Below, one piece after another: positions 51,155 to 62,404 of a stretch of DNA of 64,000 bases. Every line of letters starts with the position of its first letter. Positions within the stretch are counted from its first letter, which is position 1. The notes beneath the pieces were generated by a model. The model saw only the letters and a program-made list of their open reading frames with translations, was not told the origin of the DNA and searched no databases. A program made the translations under genes and the position numbers. Origin of the DNA: an uncultured delta proteobacterium (lineage in GTDB: Bacteria; Myxococcota_A; Polyangia; Polyangiales; Polyangiaceae); the NCBI GenBank assembly GCA_963827955.1, contig CAWHDJ010000018.1, positions 989,297 to 1,053,296 on the forward strand. Direction: 5' to 3'.

Positions 51155-52602
51155 CCCAAGGCCCGACAGATCCGCAAGCAGCGTTGGACCCGCTTTCGGG
51201 CACCCCGTACCGACTCGTCCGACGGGTAACCGCTGGAGCCATGGGCGAGATCCTAGAGGCGGAGCACGTGCGCCTTCGCCGCCGGGTCATCGTCAAGCTC
51301 GTCCACCGCGTGTATGCGACGCTCCCCGGGTTCCGCGACAGATTTCGGCTGGAGGCGCAGGCGCTCGCGACCATCGCCCCCCGGACGCCCCACGTGGTCG
51401 CCGTTCTCGACTTCGGCGAGACCGGGAGCGGCATTCCGTTCTTGGCCCTCGAGCAGCTCTCTGGTCGGACGCTGGAGAAGGAGCTCACCATGCGCGGGGC
51501 GCTGCCTCCGGCCGAGGCGGTGCAGCTCGCCCGGGAGCTCCTCGACGCACTCGGGTGTGCACACGACGCGGGCATCCTCCACCGCGACGTGAAGCCCGAG
51601 AACATCTTCCTCGCCGAGCCCGAGCGCGGCGGCCGCATCCTGAAGCTCCTCGACTTCGGGATCGCGAAGGTGCTGCCAGGCGCAGCGGACGCGGACGGTC
51701 CCGCCCCGCTCGCCCTGCCAACCGAGGAGGGCGTCACGCTGGGCACCCCTCGGTTCCTGGCACCCGAGCAGGCGCGTGGAACCTCGGTCGATCAGCGGGC
51801 GGACCTCTACGCGGTGGGAGCCGTCTTGTACGCGATGCTCACCGGCGGCAATCCCTACGCCCACGTCGAGGGGGTCGCCGCTGTGCTGTTCGCGCAGGCT
51901 ACCGAGCCCCCGCGCCCGCCCTCCATCGTCGCCTCCCAGGCGATCCCGGAGGCGCTCGACCGCGTGGTCCTCAAGGCGCTCGCGAAGAGGCCGGACGACA
52001 GGTTCGCTTCGGCGGCCGAGTTCTCCGCTGCCCTGGAGCGTTCGCTCACGCCAGACGTACCCCTCGTGGGAGGTGGGACTGAGCGCATGGACCTTTCAGT
52101 TTTTCATGGAGCGCGGCGAAGGCCGATGCCCGACAGAACGGAGCCGCTCAACGTGAACGTCTTCCACGGCGCGCGCAGCCCCGTGGCGCCCCCAGCCGCG
52201 GCGCCCGCCGTTCCTCCGGCCGCGGCGACCGCGGTTCCTCCAGCCGCGGCACCCGCCGCTCCAGCCCCCGTGGCTCCTCCGGGTGCAGTTCACGTAGCTG
52301 CTCCGGCTGCGTCGCTGGTAGCTCCTCCGACCGCCGCGCCGGTACCGCCTCCGGCGCCGGTGCCCCCATGGCACTCGCCGCTGGACATGGCTGCGGTGGG
52401 CGCACCTGTGACGCGTCCAGCCCGCGCGCCCATGCTGCCAGGGCGGAGTGGGGCGCCCGCGGGCCCGATGGCGGCCGGGTTGGTTCCCGCGCCCACCTCG
52501 CGCGCTGCGAAGCCACGCTGGGTGGTCACGGCCGCGATCATCGTCACGGTGTTCCTCGTCGCCGTCGCTGTGGGCTTCGTGCTCGTCGTCCGGCTGCGAT
52601 GA
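51155..52602 (+). CDS. Ser/Thr protein kinase (Hanks-type) with a Pro/Ala-rich linker and C-terminal TM
   Basis: 'ILHRDVKPENIFL', 'DFGIAK' and 'GTPRFLAPEQ' are the kinase motifs. C-terminal 'WVVTAAIIVTVFLVAVAVGFVLVV'. Confidence 0.85.
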
Positions 52603-52621
52603 CCGTGAGCACGCCCTCGCG

Positions 52622-54931
52622 ATGCCTCATGGCCACGCGTCGACGCCTGCGATCGGCTATCTTCGCCCCGGCATGGCCGTCTCCATGAAGCTCCCCGACG
52701 ACAAGGAGCCCCCGCTGACGCTCTCGATCGGCGAAGTGCTTAGGGACGAGCTGGACGCGACGGCGTACCAGATCGACGCCTTCACGGCGCGCGGCGGCAT
52801 GGGAGAGGTGTACCGCGGCAGACGACTCAGCGACGGCGCTCTCGTTGCGGTGAAGTGTGTGCGCGGCGAGCTGGTGACCAACCCTACGATTCTCTTGCGG
52901 TCGCGCTTCGAGGCGACGGCGTTGCGCCAGATCGATCACCCCAACGTCGTGCGCGTCTATGGCACGGGCGTCCGCTCGGGCAACGTCCCCTGGCTGGCCA
53001 TGCAGTGGCTGGATGGGTTCACGCTCGAGAAGATCGTCGAGATGATGCCGAAGCGGAGGATCCCGCTGCGCTGGGCGATCCAGATCGTCCGTGACCTGTG
53101 CCTCGGACTGCACGCGATCCACCCGTACGCGATCCACCGAGACATCAAGCCGTCGAACGTCCACCTCGGCCTCGACGCCGTGACGCGAGCGCTCGACCTC
53201 GGCGTCGCCAAGTCGAAGGAGCCCAACGTCCACCTCACCACCACCGGGACGCAGGTGGGGACGTTGCCCTTCATGAGCCCGGAGCAGTTGGACAACCTCA
53301 CGCCTGTCGATCTCCGGTCCGACCTGTGGGCAGCGATCGTCCTGCTGTACGTCCTGATCACGGGCGTCCACCCCTTCGGGGACGCACGTGTCCCATGGCC
53401 CGGAAGCAAGATCGTCCTCGGGTACCGAATTCTGCAAGACCCGCACCGGCCGCTAACGTCGGTGCTTGAAGGTGCCCCGCCGTGGCTCGACCAGATCATC
53501 GACCGGGGGCTCGCCAAAGATCCTGAGCGCCGCCACCGTTCGGCGGAGGAGCTTGCGCAGGTCCTCACCGCCGCACTCGACTACCTCAAGACCAAGACGG
53601 GTCACGCCGAGCCACTCTCGAGCCTGATCGAGCAACTTCATGGCCGCAAGAGTCTGGCGGGGATGAAGCCATCGCCCTCGGCGATGAAGCCATTGCCCTC
53701 GGCAATGAAGCCGTCGCCCTCGGCGATGAAGCCCTCGCCCTCGGCGATGAACGCATCGCCCTCGATCTGGATCCCCCCGCGTACGACAGAGCCGATGCCT
53801 CCGCCCGTCCAAGTGCGCGCCGAGCCTGCGAGCGACGCCTCGGTTGGGATCGTCTCACCTAGCCCGCGCCCTGCGGAACCGGCCCCAAATTCTGCAAGCG
53901 CGCCGCCGCAAGAGCCTGCGCCCGAGCTCACGAGCCGCCAGGTCGGGACGACTGAACCGACCGATCACGGCGCGCGGCCCGCGATGGTGCCGCCTGCCTC
54001 CGCGTCCTCCTCGCCTCCCCCCGAGGTGGGCCCTGGTCGAGCGGACGAAGACGCGGCACAGCCGCGCGAGTCCGATGTCCGCGTGAGGCGCGCTCCCCCA
54101 AAGGCGCCGCAGCCCCTCTCGGAGGGGCCGCAGGCTGCACGACCGGCTCCGCCCGCCATCGACCCGGCTCCCGCCGCGCCGTCGGTCACGGAGGGCACCG
54201 ACGCGAAGCCACGCGTGGGTCGCGTCGACCCACGTCGACGGATTGTAGCCGCTCCGTCCGCAGCGGCACTCGCGGGCGCCGCTCCACGGGGGGCGGCTCC
54301 GATCTCAATCGACGGAGCCCCTGAGAGTCCCCCGGCCTTACTGGCTCGGCGAGCCACCCCGATTGAACAGCCTACGCCGCTGGTGCAAGCGCAGGACGCG
54401 CCGGCCCAAGAAGACAAGGCGCTGCGGGAGGCTCCGCACCAGCAACGCGGCAGAGCGCGGCGATGGCTCGGGGAAGCAAGCCTCTTCGGGGCACCTCGCT
54501 GGCTCGTCGTGTTGCTCTCGACCAGCGCCGTCGTCATCTCGGCCGAGCTGCTCTACTTCTACGACCGCCCGCATGTGAGCCCGCGCACGGGCCCGATCGA
54601 GCCCGCCTCTTCGCTGCCGACGCGGACAGGCGAGCCTGCTCCTGTGCCGGTGGCAGGGACGATCGAGAGTCCAGAAGCAGAGCCACCCCAAGCACCGCTG
54701 CCCCAAGCGCCGCTGCCCCAGGCACCGCTGCGCCAGGTGTCGCCGCCCGAGGCGGTGCCCACGGCCCAAGGGGCAGCGCCAGCAACGGCGGCACCCTCAG
54801 CTCGGCCAGCGCCAGATCCCGTGCACACCGCCACATCGACGCGGAAGCCCAGCCCATCTCCCGAACCCGCGGCGTCCCCACCTACACCTGCCCCGACCGC
54901 CCCGCACCGGGTGTTCGGCACCGAGAACTGA
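52622..54931 (+). CDS. Ser/Thr protein kinase with a long Pro-rich C-terminal region and (SPSAMKP)5 repeats
   Basis: 'AIHRDIKPSNVHL', 'DLGVAK' and 'GTLPFMSPEQ' are the kinase motifs. A TM lies near 'WLVVLLSTSAVVISAELLYF'. Confidence 0.8.
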   Translation: MPHGHASTPAIGYLRPGMAVSMKLPDDKEPPLTLSIGEVLRDELDATAYQIDAFTARGGMGEVYRGRRLSDGALVAVKCVRGELVTNPTILLRSRFEATALRQIDHPNVVRVYGTGVRSGNVPWLAMQWLDGFTLEKIVEMMPKRRIPLRWAIQIVRDLCLGLHAIHPYAIHRDIKPSNVHLGLDAVTRALDLGVAKSKEPNVHLTTTGTQVGTLPFMSPEQLDNLTPVDLRSDLWAAIVLLYVLITGVHPFGDARVPWPGSKIVLGYRILQDPHRPLTSVLEGAPPWLDQIIDRGLAKDPERRHRSAEELAQVLTAALDYLKTKTGHAEPLSSLIEQLHGRKSLAGMKPSPSAMKPLPSAMKPSPSAMKPSPSAMNASPSIWIPPRTTEPMPPPVQVRAEPASDASVGIVSPSPRPAEPAPNSASAPPQEPAPELTSRQVGTTEPTDHGARPAMVPPASASSSPPPEVGPGRADEDAAQPRESDVRVRRAPPKAPQPLSEGPQAARPAPPAIDPAPAAPSVTEGTDAKPRVGRVDPRRRIVAAPSAAALAGAAPRGAAPISIDGAPESPPALLARRATPIEQPTPLVQAQDAPAQEDKALREAPHQQRGRARRWLGEASLFGAPRWLVVLLSTSAVVISAELLYFYDRPHVSPRTGPIEPASSLPTRTGEPAPVPVAGTIESPEAEPPQAPLPQAPLPQAPLRQVSPPEAVPTAQGAAPATAAPSARPAPDPVHTATSTRKPSPSPEPAASPPTPAPTAPHRVFGTEN
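53661..53765. repeat. 21-nt tandem repeat, 5 copies, encoding SPSAMKP units inside the kinase gene
   Basis: Read directly: 'gatgaagccatcgccctcggc' variants. Confidence 0.7.
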
Positions 54932-55046
54932 CGAGAGGAGGGCCCTTTCGCCCTACCGCTTCATTTTGACGGACACTTCTGGAACTTGCGAGCGATGTAA
55001 CTCCTGGGAGCCAGCTTCGTGGTCTCCCGAGCCTGACGAGAACAGC

Positions 55047-55310
55047 ATGAGCCATGCCATCAAGACCGACCCTGAGCTGGAAGCCATGATCGAGGCCGAG
55101 GTTGCCGAGGCCCTCCGACCTCACGAGGGCATCTTCCCGCCCGAAGTCCTGGACGAGATGCGGCACATGATGCGGATCGTGATGCGGACCCACCCCACGG
55201 CCACACATCTCCTGGAGCAACTCCGTCCGCGAGCCGCGCCGGACGAGAGCGGCAAGGAGGACATCAGCATGTTCAAGGGGGTGCGCGCGAAGAAGGCCGA
55301 GGGGCGCTGA
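55047..55310 (+). CDS. small hypothetical protein
   Basis: ATG ('MSHAIKTDPELEAMIEAEV'). Its stop overlaps the next start. Confidence 0.4.
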   Translation: MSHAIKTDPELEAMIEAEVAEALRPHEGIFPPEVLDEMRHMMRIVMRTHPTATHLLEQLRPRAAPDESGKEDISMFKGVRAKKAEGR

Positions 55311-56119
55311 TGTCGCGCGTCGTCCCAGCCCCGTTCGGGCTCACCCCCCAGCAAGCGGAGTGGTACGAGCGCCTCGTGCCGGACGTCCCCAAGGAGGCCG
55401 TCGCCCACCTCATCCACGAGTACGGTTGCGACGACCAGGAGGAGGATCTTCTCCAAGAGGCGTACGTCGGCACGAAGAAGGGCGTGGAGACCTTCGACCT
55501 CGAGAAGGCGGCGAACGGCGCGGACGACGTTGACCTCGAGAAGGCGCTGCGGACGTGGGTGTTCTTCAGCGCGCTTCACGCGGCGCAATCCGCCCTCCGC
55601 AGGGAGAACCGCCACAGCAGCCGGATCATCGGGCGCGTGTGGAATGGCGTCGTCGAGGTATGCAAGCACACGCCGCGCTACGTGCCCCGCGTCATGAGCA
55701 GCCCGGACACCGACCGGGCCGACCTCACTGAGTTCCGGGGCCGCGTCGCCGCTGCGCCTGTCGTCGCGGTGGGCGTCATGGAGATTCCCGCCGCAGGAAG
55801 CGACGACGAGCTCGACGAGCGCAGGACGGCTCGTCGCGCCGAAGCCGTCCTCCGCGATTCCGTGGGCGAGCTGTCAGGGCGCCGGCACGAGCTTCTGCGG
55901 CTCTGCTTCGCGGACGGACTGTCCGCCAAGGGCGCGGCCGAGGCGCGAGGCGAGCGGGGGTACCGCGCCGAGCTGGTCGAGCTCCACAGGGCGCTGGACA
56001 TGGTGGCCGCCCGCTTCACGGGTGCGGGATTCCTCACGCGGCCACCCCTCCCGCCAGAAGCGTGGGGCACGATCCTGCGCGAACGTGAAGAGACGCCGGC
56101 GACGCCCGAGAAACCGTGA
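55310..56119 (+). CDS. sigma-70 family (ECF-like) sigma factor, divergent
   Basis: Region-2-like 'EDLLQEAYVGTKKGVETFD'. Region-4-like 'RHELLRLCFADGLSAKGAAEARGERGYRAELVELHRAL'. Confidence 0.5.
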   Translation: MSRVVPAPFGLTPQQAEWYERLVPDVPKEAVAHLIHEYGCDDQEEDLLQEAYVGTKKGVETFDLEKAANGADDVDLEKALRTWVFFSALHAAQSALRRENRHSSRIIGRVWNGVVEVCKHTPRYVPRVMSSPDTDRADLTEFRGRVAAAPVVAVGVMEIPAAGSDDELDERRTARRAEAVLRDSVGELSGRRHELLRLCFADGLSAKGAAEARGERGYRAELVELHRALDMVAARFTGAGFLTRPPLPPEAWGTILREREETPATPEKP

Positions 56120-57204
56120 TGGAGCTTGGTATGAGCGACGACCGCAAGGACAGCGACGATCCGGCGCACCAGACGATGCCCCCGGAGCTGCGCCCGTTCG
56201 CGCGACCTGTGCCGCCCCAGCGGCTCGTCGCTCCGGAAAACGAGGCGACGTTCAAGGCCGCGATCGACGCGCTCAAGCTCCTGAACGGAGGGCCCGACGC
56301 CGATCCTTTCTACGTCGATCCGAGGAACGACCCGGCGTTCGCGGGGCAGAAGCCTCCCGAGAGCGTCACGGCGTACGCTTCGACGGTCTTGCCCGTCGCC
56401 GAGGCAACCGTGCGAGCGGCGGCACCCGCCAGGGTCGTCATCGCTGACCCCGACGCTCCGCGCATCGTCCGCGATCCCGTCGAAGAAATCGACATTCGGC
56501 CGTTTCAAGGGGTGCGCCGCGCAGTGCGAGAACGCGCACAGGGGGACAACCCGCCTGTCGCACCTGGCGACGACGTGACTGGCGACGAGGTTACCCGGTC
56601 GGTGCGCGAACAGCCGTCAGAGATGGCTGCGAACCCATGGGCGAAAGAAGCGGTAGCCGAGGACGTGCGGGGGAGCGCGCTGCCGTCGTCGCACGCGCCG
56701 CGGGAGGCGCCTCCGGGGGAGGACGATGACGACACGGTGGCGACACGGCCGGCGCCGAGGGGGCGGTGGCGGGCGATCGTGTTCGCGGTCGTCGCAGCCT
56801 GCGTGGCCCTGCTCGTGTGGGCGCTCGGGCGAGGGCGACCGGTCGAGAACGGGGGCCGCGCTCCGATGCCAGCCGCGACCTCGGCGGCGCCTGCCGCCCC
56901 CGCGCTCCCGTCCCCGCCGCCGAGCACCTCGGTGGAGCCTCCTCCGGCACCCACAAGCGCAGATCGCCCCCAGGCTCCAGCGCCTCCAGCGCCTACCGCC
57001 GCCGCCCCGTCGGCGCGTCCCCGCGTGGCGCCGAAAGCGACGAGTGCTGCACACGATCCTTCCAACGATGCCGCCGTGAAGCCGCCTCCCGCGGTGACGA
57101 CCTCGGCACCCGCTGCGCCGCCATCGGTGACAGCGGTCACCCCTCCACCGGCGCCCACGCCGATCAAGAACCCGGTCGAAGGCGACCGCGTCTTCGGAAA
57201 CTGA
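56116..57204 (+). CDS. putative anti-sigma factor / single-pass membrane protein with a Pro-rich C-terminus
   Basis: Coupled (TGATG) to the sigma gene. TM is 'WRAIVFAVVAACVALLVWAL'. Confidence 0.45.
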   Translation: MMELGMSDDRKDSDDPAHQTMPPELRPFARPVPPQRLVAPENEATFKAAIDALKLLNGGPDADPFYVDPRNDPAFAGQKPPESVTAYASTVLPVAEATVRAAAPARVVIADPDAPRIVRDPVEEIDIRPFQGVRRAVRERAQGDNPPVAPGDDVTGDEVTRSVREQPSEMAANPWAKEAVAEDVRGSALPSSHAPREAPPGEDDDDTVATRPAPRGRWRAIVFAVVAACVALLVWALGRGRPVENGGRAPMPAATSAAPAAPALPSPPPSTSVEPPPAPTSADRPQAPAPPAPTAAAPSARPRVAPKATSAAHDPSNDAAVKPPPAVTTSAPAAPPSVTAVTPPPAPTPIKNPVEGDRVFGN

Positions 57205-57207
57205 CCC

Positions 57208-58182
57208 ATGCGCCCGTCCACGATCCTCCTGACCGTCTGCGTCGGCACCGCCGCGATCTCCGTGCCCCGCTTCGCCATGGCTGCTGACCCGACCGAGTCG
57301 TCGGTGGAGGCAAACGCCCTCACCGCGAAGGCAGGGGCCCTCTACGACGAAGGCCGCGCGCTCTACCAGAAGGGCCAATTGGCCGCTGCGCGTGCTTCTT
57401 ATCTCGCGGCATGGAGCCTCAAGAAGCACTGGCAGATCGCCGCCAACCTCGCCGACACCGAGATCCAGCTCGGTAAGCTCCGGGACGCGGCCGAGCACGC
57501 GGCGTACTACCTGCGCAACGCCCCGGCCGACCGGCACGCACGCGGAGACGCGCTTCTCGCGAAGGCGCAGGCCGGCGTCGGCACGCTCACGGTCCACGTC
57601 GACCAGGCTGGCGCGGAGGTCCTCGTCGACGGCCAGGCCGTGGGCACGTCCCCGCTCGAGGCGCCGGTCTTCGTCGAGCCTGGGCACCACACGATCGAGG
57701 CGCGCATCGGGTCGCGGTTCGCCAGCATCGCCGCGGACGCGCCGGCCGGCGCGCGTCAGGACGTCGTCCTCGCTCCGAAGGAGTCGTCGACGCCGCCCCT
57801 GCGCGACGGGCCGAGCCTGCCCGTGATCATCACGGGCAGCGGAATCACCGCCGCGGCCCTCGTCGCCGGCACCGTGCTGGCTGTCGTCGCACACGGCAAG
57901 GCGTCGGACGCGAGCACGCTCCTCGCGACCTTGCCGCCGGCCGCTGCCGCGAGCCCCTGCCAGGCGAACGCGAATACGTGCGCCACCATCAACAGCGACC
58001 GGCACGCGCGCGACACGCTCTCCGATGCGTCGATGGGGGCGTTCATCGGCGCGGGCGCGGTCGGCCTGGCGACGCTCGGCTACGCCCTGTTCACGCCCAA
58101 GCAGCAGCAGTCCAGCGGGCTCAAGGTTGCGCCCCTCGTAGGCTCGGGACGGGGTGGCTTCGTGGTGATGGGGACGTGGTGA
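57208..58182 (+). CDS. secreted PEGA-domain protein
   Basis: Signal peptide 'MRPSTILLTVCVGTAAISVPRFAMA'. 'VHVDQAGAEVLVDGQAVGTSPLEAPVFVEPGHHTIEA' fits the PEGA pattern. Confidence 0.55.
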   Translation: MRPSTILLTVCVGTAAISVPRFAMAADPTESSVEANALTAKAGALYDEGRALYQKGQLAAARASYLAAWSLKKHWQIAANLADTEIQLGKLRDAAEHAAYYLRNAPADRHARGDALLAKAQAGVGTLTVHVDQAGAEVLVDGQAVGTSPLEAPVFVEPGHHTIEARIGSRFASIAADAPAGARQDVVLAPKESSTPPLRDGPSLPVIITGSGITAAALVAGTVLAVVAHGKASDASTLLATLPPAAAASPCQANANTCATINSDRHARDTLSDASMGAFIGAGAVGLATLGYALFTPKQQQSSGLKVAPLVGSGRGGFVVMGTW

Positions 58183-59873
58183 TGCCTGCTTCTCGTGGAG
58201 GGTCTTCGATGCGTACACTTGCCATCCCCGCGCTGCTCATTTTCTCGGTGCTCGGGCTCGCGTTGCACACCGCGGGCTGCTTCGACTCGGCTGACGACTG
58301 CGCGCTCAACCCCATCCTCCAGTGCGGCCCCTGGGCGCCGCACGCAAGCACGAGCTCGAGCAGCTCGGGCGGGCATGACGGGGGAACGGACAGCGGCGAC
58401 AGCGGCCCGCCCCCCGACTGCTCCGGCGATCCCACGACGGACCCCTCGATCGTGCGCGACGCGTGCGGGGTGTTCGTGAGCGCGGGCGCGGCGGACGGGG
58501 GCACGGGTGATGGGACGAAGGAGAAGCCCTTCGCGACGTTCGCCGAGGCGGCGGCGGCAATGCCGGCGCGTGTCTTCGCCTGCGCGGGGACGTACGCTGA
58601 GACGAGCCAGGTGACATTCACCGGCGGGGTCGAGGTGTGGGGCGGGTTCACCGGCTGCACGGCGTCGAACTGGACGTGGTCGGCGACCATGCAGGCGGAG
58701 GTCGCGACCGTCGCAGGCAAACCGGGCGTCGTGCTCGACGGGGGCGATAACAAGCTCGTGAACGTGGCGGTCACGGCGCCGAACGTGCCGATGACCATGC
58801 CGGGCGGGTCGTCGATCGCGTTGCTGGTGAACGGGGGCTCGCTCGACATGACGAACGGTGCGCTCACCGCGGGAGATGCGCAGGACGGGGCCGCGGGCGC
58901 GTCACTCATGTCTGACTCGACGCTGGACGGCGCGCAGGGCGCGAGCGGAGCGAATGCGTGTGATTTGGGGATCCACTCAGGTCCGACAGGCGCGACGAAC
59001 ACGTGCATGACGGGAGGAAGCTCCACCGCAGGCAACGGCGGCGACGGCGGGCAGATCGTGAGCAACATGCTCCAAGCCGCCGGCAACGGCACCGACGGCA
59101 GCGCGATGCCGGCCACGACGCCCAGCGGGACGGCCGACGGGAAAGGTGGCGCGGGCGAAACATCTGTCTCGTGCGCGAACGGCGACAACGGCGCGTCCGG
59201 TACTACCGGAACTTCAGGGGACGGCGCGGCGGGGCCGGGCACGATCACGGCGAGCGGGTACGCTGGCGCCGCGGGGAAGGACGGGACAAACGGCTTCCCC
59301 GGCCAAGGCGGCGGGGGCGGCGGCGGGGCGAAGGGCGGGCTGTCCGTGAGCTGCGGCGGAGACGCGGGGACGATCGCGGTGCCGGGAGCGAGCGGCGGGG
59401 CCGGAGGCACGGGCGGATGCGGCGGCGCGCTCGGCGGAGGCGGCGGGGCAGGCGGGAGCAGCATCGCGCTGATGGTGCTGGGCGCGAAGGTCTCGCTCTC
59501 GAACGTTACGGTGACCGCTGGGAAGGCCGGCAACGGTGGCACGGGGGGCAACGGGCAGAGCGGAGGCAAGGGCGGCCTTGGTGGGCCGAACGGCAGCGGC
59601 GTGGGCAGCAGCCCGGCAGACGCCTGCGGCGGCGGCAAGGGTGGTGCAGGAGGCAACGGAGGCCCCGGCGGCGGCGGGCAGGGCGGGCACTCGCTCGGAA
59701 TCGCGTTCCAGGGGGCGACGGCGCCCGTGGGGGGGACCTTCACGATCAACGCGATGAACGCGGGCGCGGGTGCTCAGGGCGGGCAGAACAACACGACGGC
59801 CAACGCGGGGGCCGGTGCGAGCGGGACCGCAGTCAACTGCTGGGACTTCGGAAAGAACGCCGCGTGCAAGTAG
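58182..59873 (+). CDS. Gly-rich right-handed beta-helix-like repeat lipoprotein, paralog 1
   Basis: Lipobox 'LALHTAGC'. Long GGxGGxG repeat region. C-terminus 'CWDFGKNAACK'. Confidence 0.6.
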   Translation: MPASRGGSSMRTLAIPALLIFSVLGLALHTAGCFDSADDCALNPILQCGPWAPHASTSSSSSGGHDGGTDSGDSGPPPDCSGDPTTDPSIVRDACGVFVSAGAADGGTGDGTKEKPFATFAEAAAAMPARVFACAGTYAETSQVTFTGGVEVWGGFTGCTASNWTWSATMQAEVATVAGKPGVVLDGGDNKLVNVAVTAPNVPMTMPGGSSIALLVNGGSLDMTNGALTAGDAQDGAAGASLMSDSTLDGAQGASGANACDLGIHSGPTGATNTCMTGGSSTAGNGGDGGQIVSNMLQAAGNGTDGSAMPATTPSGTADGKGGAGETSVSCANGDNGASGTTGTSGDGAAGPGTITASGYAGAAGKDGTNGFPGQGGGGGGGAKGGLSVSCGGDAGTIAVPGASGGAGGTGGCGGALGGGGGAGGSSIALMVLGAKVSLSNVTVTAGKAGNGGTGGNGQSGGKGGLGGPNGSGVGSSPADACGGGKGGAGGNGGPGGGGQGGHSLGIAFQGATAPVGGTFTINAMNAGAGAQGGQNNTTANAGAGASGTAVNCWDFGKNAACK

Positions 59874-60134
59874 CGACGATGGAGAAGAATGACCACCCGA
59901 AGAAGCCCGTGAAACACGTGGCCGTGCAGATCAACCCGTCAAGCCCCGATTGCTCGGGCCGGAAGTTCGTGGTGATGGCAAGGCGAAAAACTCGGCTGGC
60001 ATCGCGATGACGAGCATCGTGGGCGACGGCGCCTAACGAGGCGGGACGCGCACCCACGGCGCCCCGTGGTCACGACGCCCAGCGGGAAGGTCGGGAGCGC
60101 TGAGCACCGAAGGTGAAGGAGAGGAGCCTCGACC

Positions 60135-60443
60135 ATGCGATCCACCCAGGTGTGCCCTAAATGCTCGCGGAAGAAGTTCCTGGTGCAGCCTCAATTCCAC
60201 CACCCTCAGTATGCCAACGGCGCCAAACCCCTTCCGGCTGCCACCGTACCGGTCCCTGGGCAGCCGGAGCGTGAGTGGGGGAGCTTCGAGGCTTGGACTT
60301 GCTTGAAGTGCGGCTACACCGAGTTCTACGCGCGCGGGCTTCCAAAGAATGTCGAAGAGGCTGTTGAGCAGTGGACCGAGGAGCACCCGGGCCTCTTGCG
60401 CATCGTTGATGCGGAGCCACGGCGACAAGGCCCGTACCGCTGA
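60135..60443 (+). CDS. small Zn-ribbon protein, paralog 1 ('CPKC...CLKCGYTEFY')
   Basis: 102-aa ORF directly downstream of the Gly-rich gene. Paralogous to 62405..62725. Confidence 0.55.
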   Translation: MRSTQVCPKCSRKKFLVQPQFHHPQYANGAKPLPAATVPVPGQPEREWGSFEAWTCLKCGYTEFYARGLPKNVEEAVEQWTEEHPGLLRIVDAEPRRQGPYR

Positions 60444-60715
60444 AGCAGGCGGATGCGTGGTGCTGCGCGGACGGAGGGGGAGCAGAGGGGCATCGACCAG
60501 ACGGATGCGGGAGCAGCAGCGGCTGCGGAGGCTGACCGGCCGGGCAGAGCGCGCGCGCCGGTCCCCAAGTCGCCACCGTCGATTTCCTGCGCGGTCCCGA
60601 AGAAAGACGGACATCCCGCGGGGGGTCGTTGCGATGGATTCGGTAGAGCCGAAGAAAGGACCGGGGTCCGCGCCAGCGAAGGAAGGGCGGCGCGTTGTTC
60701 CCGGAGAAGGCGAAG

Positions 60716-62298
60716 CCATGATCCAAGCGATGACCACGACCCGAGCATGGGTCGTTGCGCTGCTCGCCCTGGGCTGGTTCGGAGCGGTGGCGTCCGCGTG
60801 TTCGAGCGCGCGGAGCGATTGCCCCTCGGGAACCGGCGCGGCTGCGAGCAGCTTGAGCGGGCACGACGGCGGCACTGCCGGCGTGGAGAGCGGCCGGCCC
60901 CCGTCCTGCAATCCGAGCGAGAGCACGTCGGTGGTGGCCGACATCTGCGGAGTCTTCGTCTCGAGCAGCAAGGGCAGCGACACGACCGGACAGGGGACGA
61001 AGGAGGCGCCCTTCCGGACGCTCGGCGAGGCGCTCGCCGAGGCGATGGGGCGGCCCGTATACGCGTGCGGCGAGCGCTTCACGGAGTCGGTCTGGCTGCC
61101 AGAGAGCGCGACGCTCTACGGTGGGCTCGACTGCACCAAGGGCTGGGTCTACGACGCCTCCCAGAAGACGCAGCTCACCGCGGCGGCGGACGTGATCCCG
61201 CTCACGGTCAGCATGGCGACGACGAACGCGGAATTGTTCGACTTCGCGATCACGTCGGCGAACGCGACGCAGCCAGGCGCGTCGAGCATCGCCGTGCTGG
61301 TGGCGCAGTCGGCGGCGAGCTTCACTCGCTGCGACCTCACGGCGGGGGACGGAAAGGAGGGCGCCGCCGGGGTGCCCCACCCCATCGCCGCCCCGGCGGG
61401 GAAGACGGGCCTGACGGGCGCCGATGCGTGCACGGCCCCCGGACCTCTCGGCGGGATCTCCGTCCTCACTCCGTGCGGCAACGACTACTCGGTCAGCGGC
61501 CCCGGCGGCGACGGCCAGCCCACGGTCGGCGGCCCCGGCGGCGACGGCCAGCCCGGAACCGCGTTGAATGGGGGCCAAGGCGAAGGCTCGATGCTCTGCA
61601 CGTCGGGAACGAAGGGTGAAGACGGCGACACGCTCGCGCCCGCGATGCCCGGCACGGGCGCTACAGGCTTCGGCACGCTCTCCGTCATCGGCTACACGGG
61701 GGTGCCCGGAGGCGCTGGCAGCCCCGGCTCGCCGGGCCAGGGCGGCGGCGGTGGCGGCGGCGCAAAGGGCGGTGCGGGCAACAGTGAGTGTGCGAGCGCC
61801 TCATCCGAGGGCGGCGCGTCCGGCGGCTCCGGTGGGTCGGGAGGCTGCGGCGGTGCCGGCGGCAACGGCGGCGGCGCAGGCGGCTCCAGCATCGCGCTCG
61901 TCAGCATCAACGCCACGCTGAGCCTCAGGAGCGTGACGCTCCAGGCGGGCACCGGAGGCAACGGGGGCGACGGAGGCGCGGGGCAGCCGGGCGGTATGGG
62001 CGGGCCCGGAGGATCCGGCGGCAAGGCCAAGGCGATGTACGCCAACCTGAACGATGCGTGCTCCGGCGGCCCCGGTGGGAGCGGTGGCACGGGCGGCCAG
62101 GGAGGCGGCGGTCTCGGCGGTCACTCGCTCGGGCTCGCGTTCACGGGCAAGGCCCCGCCGAAGAGCGGATGGACGGCGACGCCCGGGATCTTCGGCGCAG
62201 GCGGGACGGGTGACACGATGAACGACAACAAGGGCGACGGCGCCAGCGGTCAGGCCCAAGGGTGCTGGGACTTCGACCGCAACGCCGCGTGCATGTGA
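60716..62298 (+). CDS. Gly-rich beta-helix-like repeat lipoprotein, paralog 2
   Basis: Signal/lipobox 'WVVALLALGWFGAVASAC'. Domain order matches 58182..59873. C-terminus 'GCWDFDRNAACM'. Confidence 0.6.
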
Positions 62299-62404
62299 CG
62301 CCGCTCCATGCCGACTGTGCGATGGCGAGCAAGACGCTCGACTTCACCAACCCCGCGAGCCCGACGGCGTGCATGATGTGATCCACGAGAGGAGCCCATC
62401 GCCC

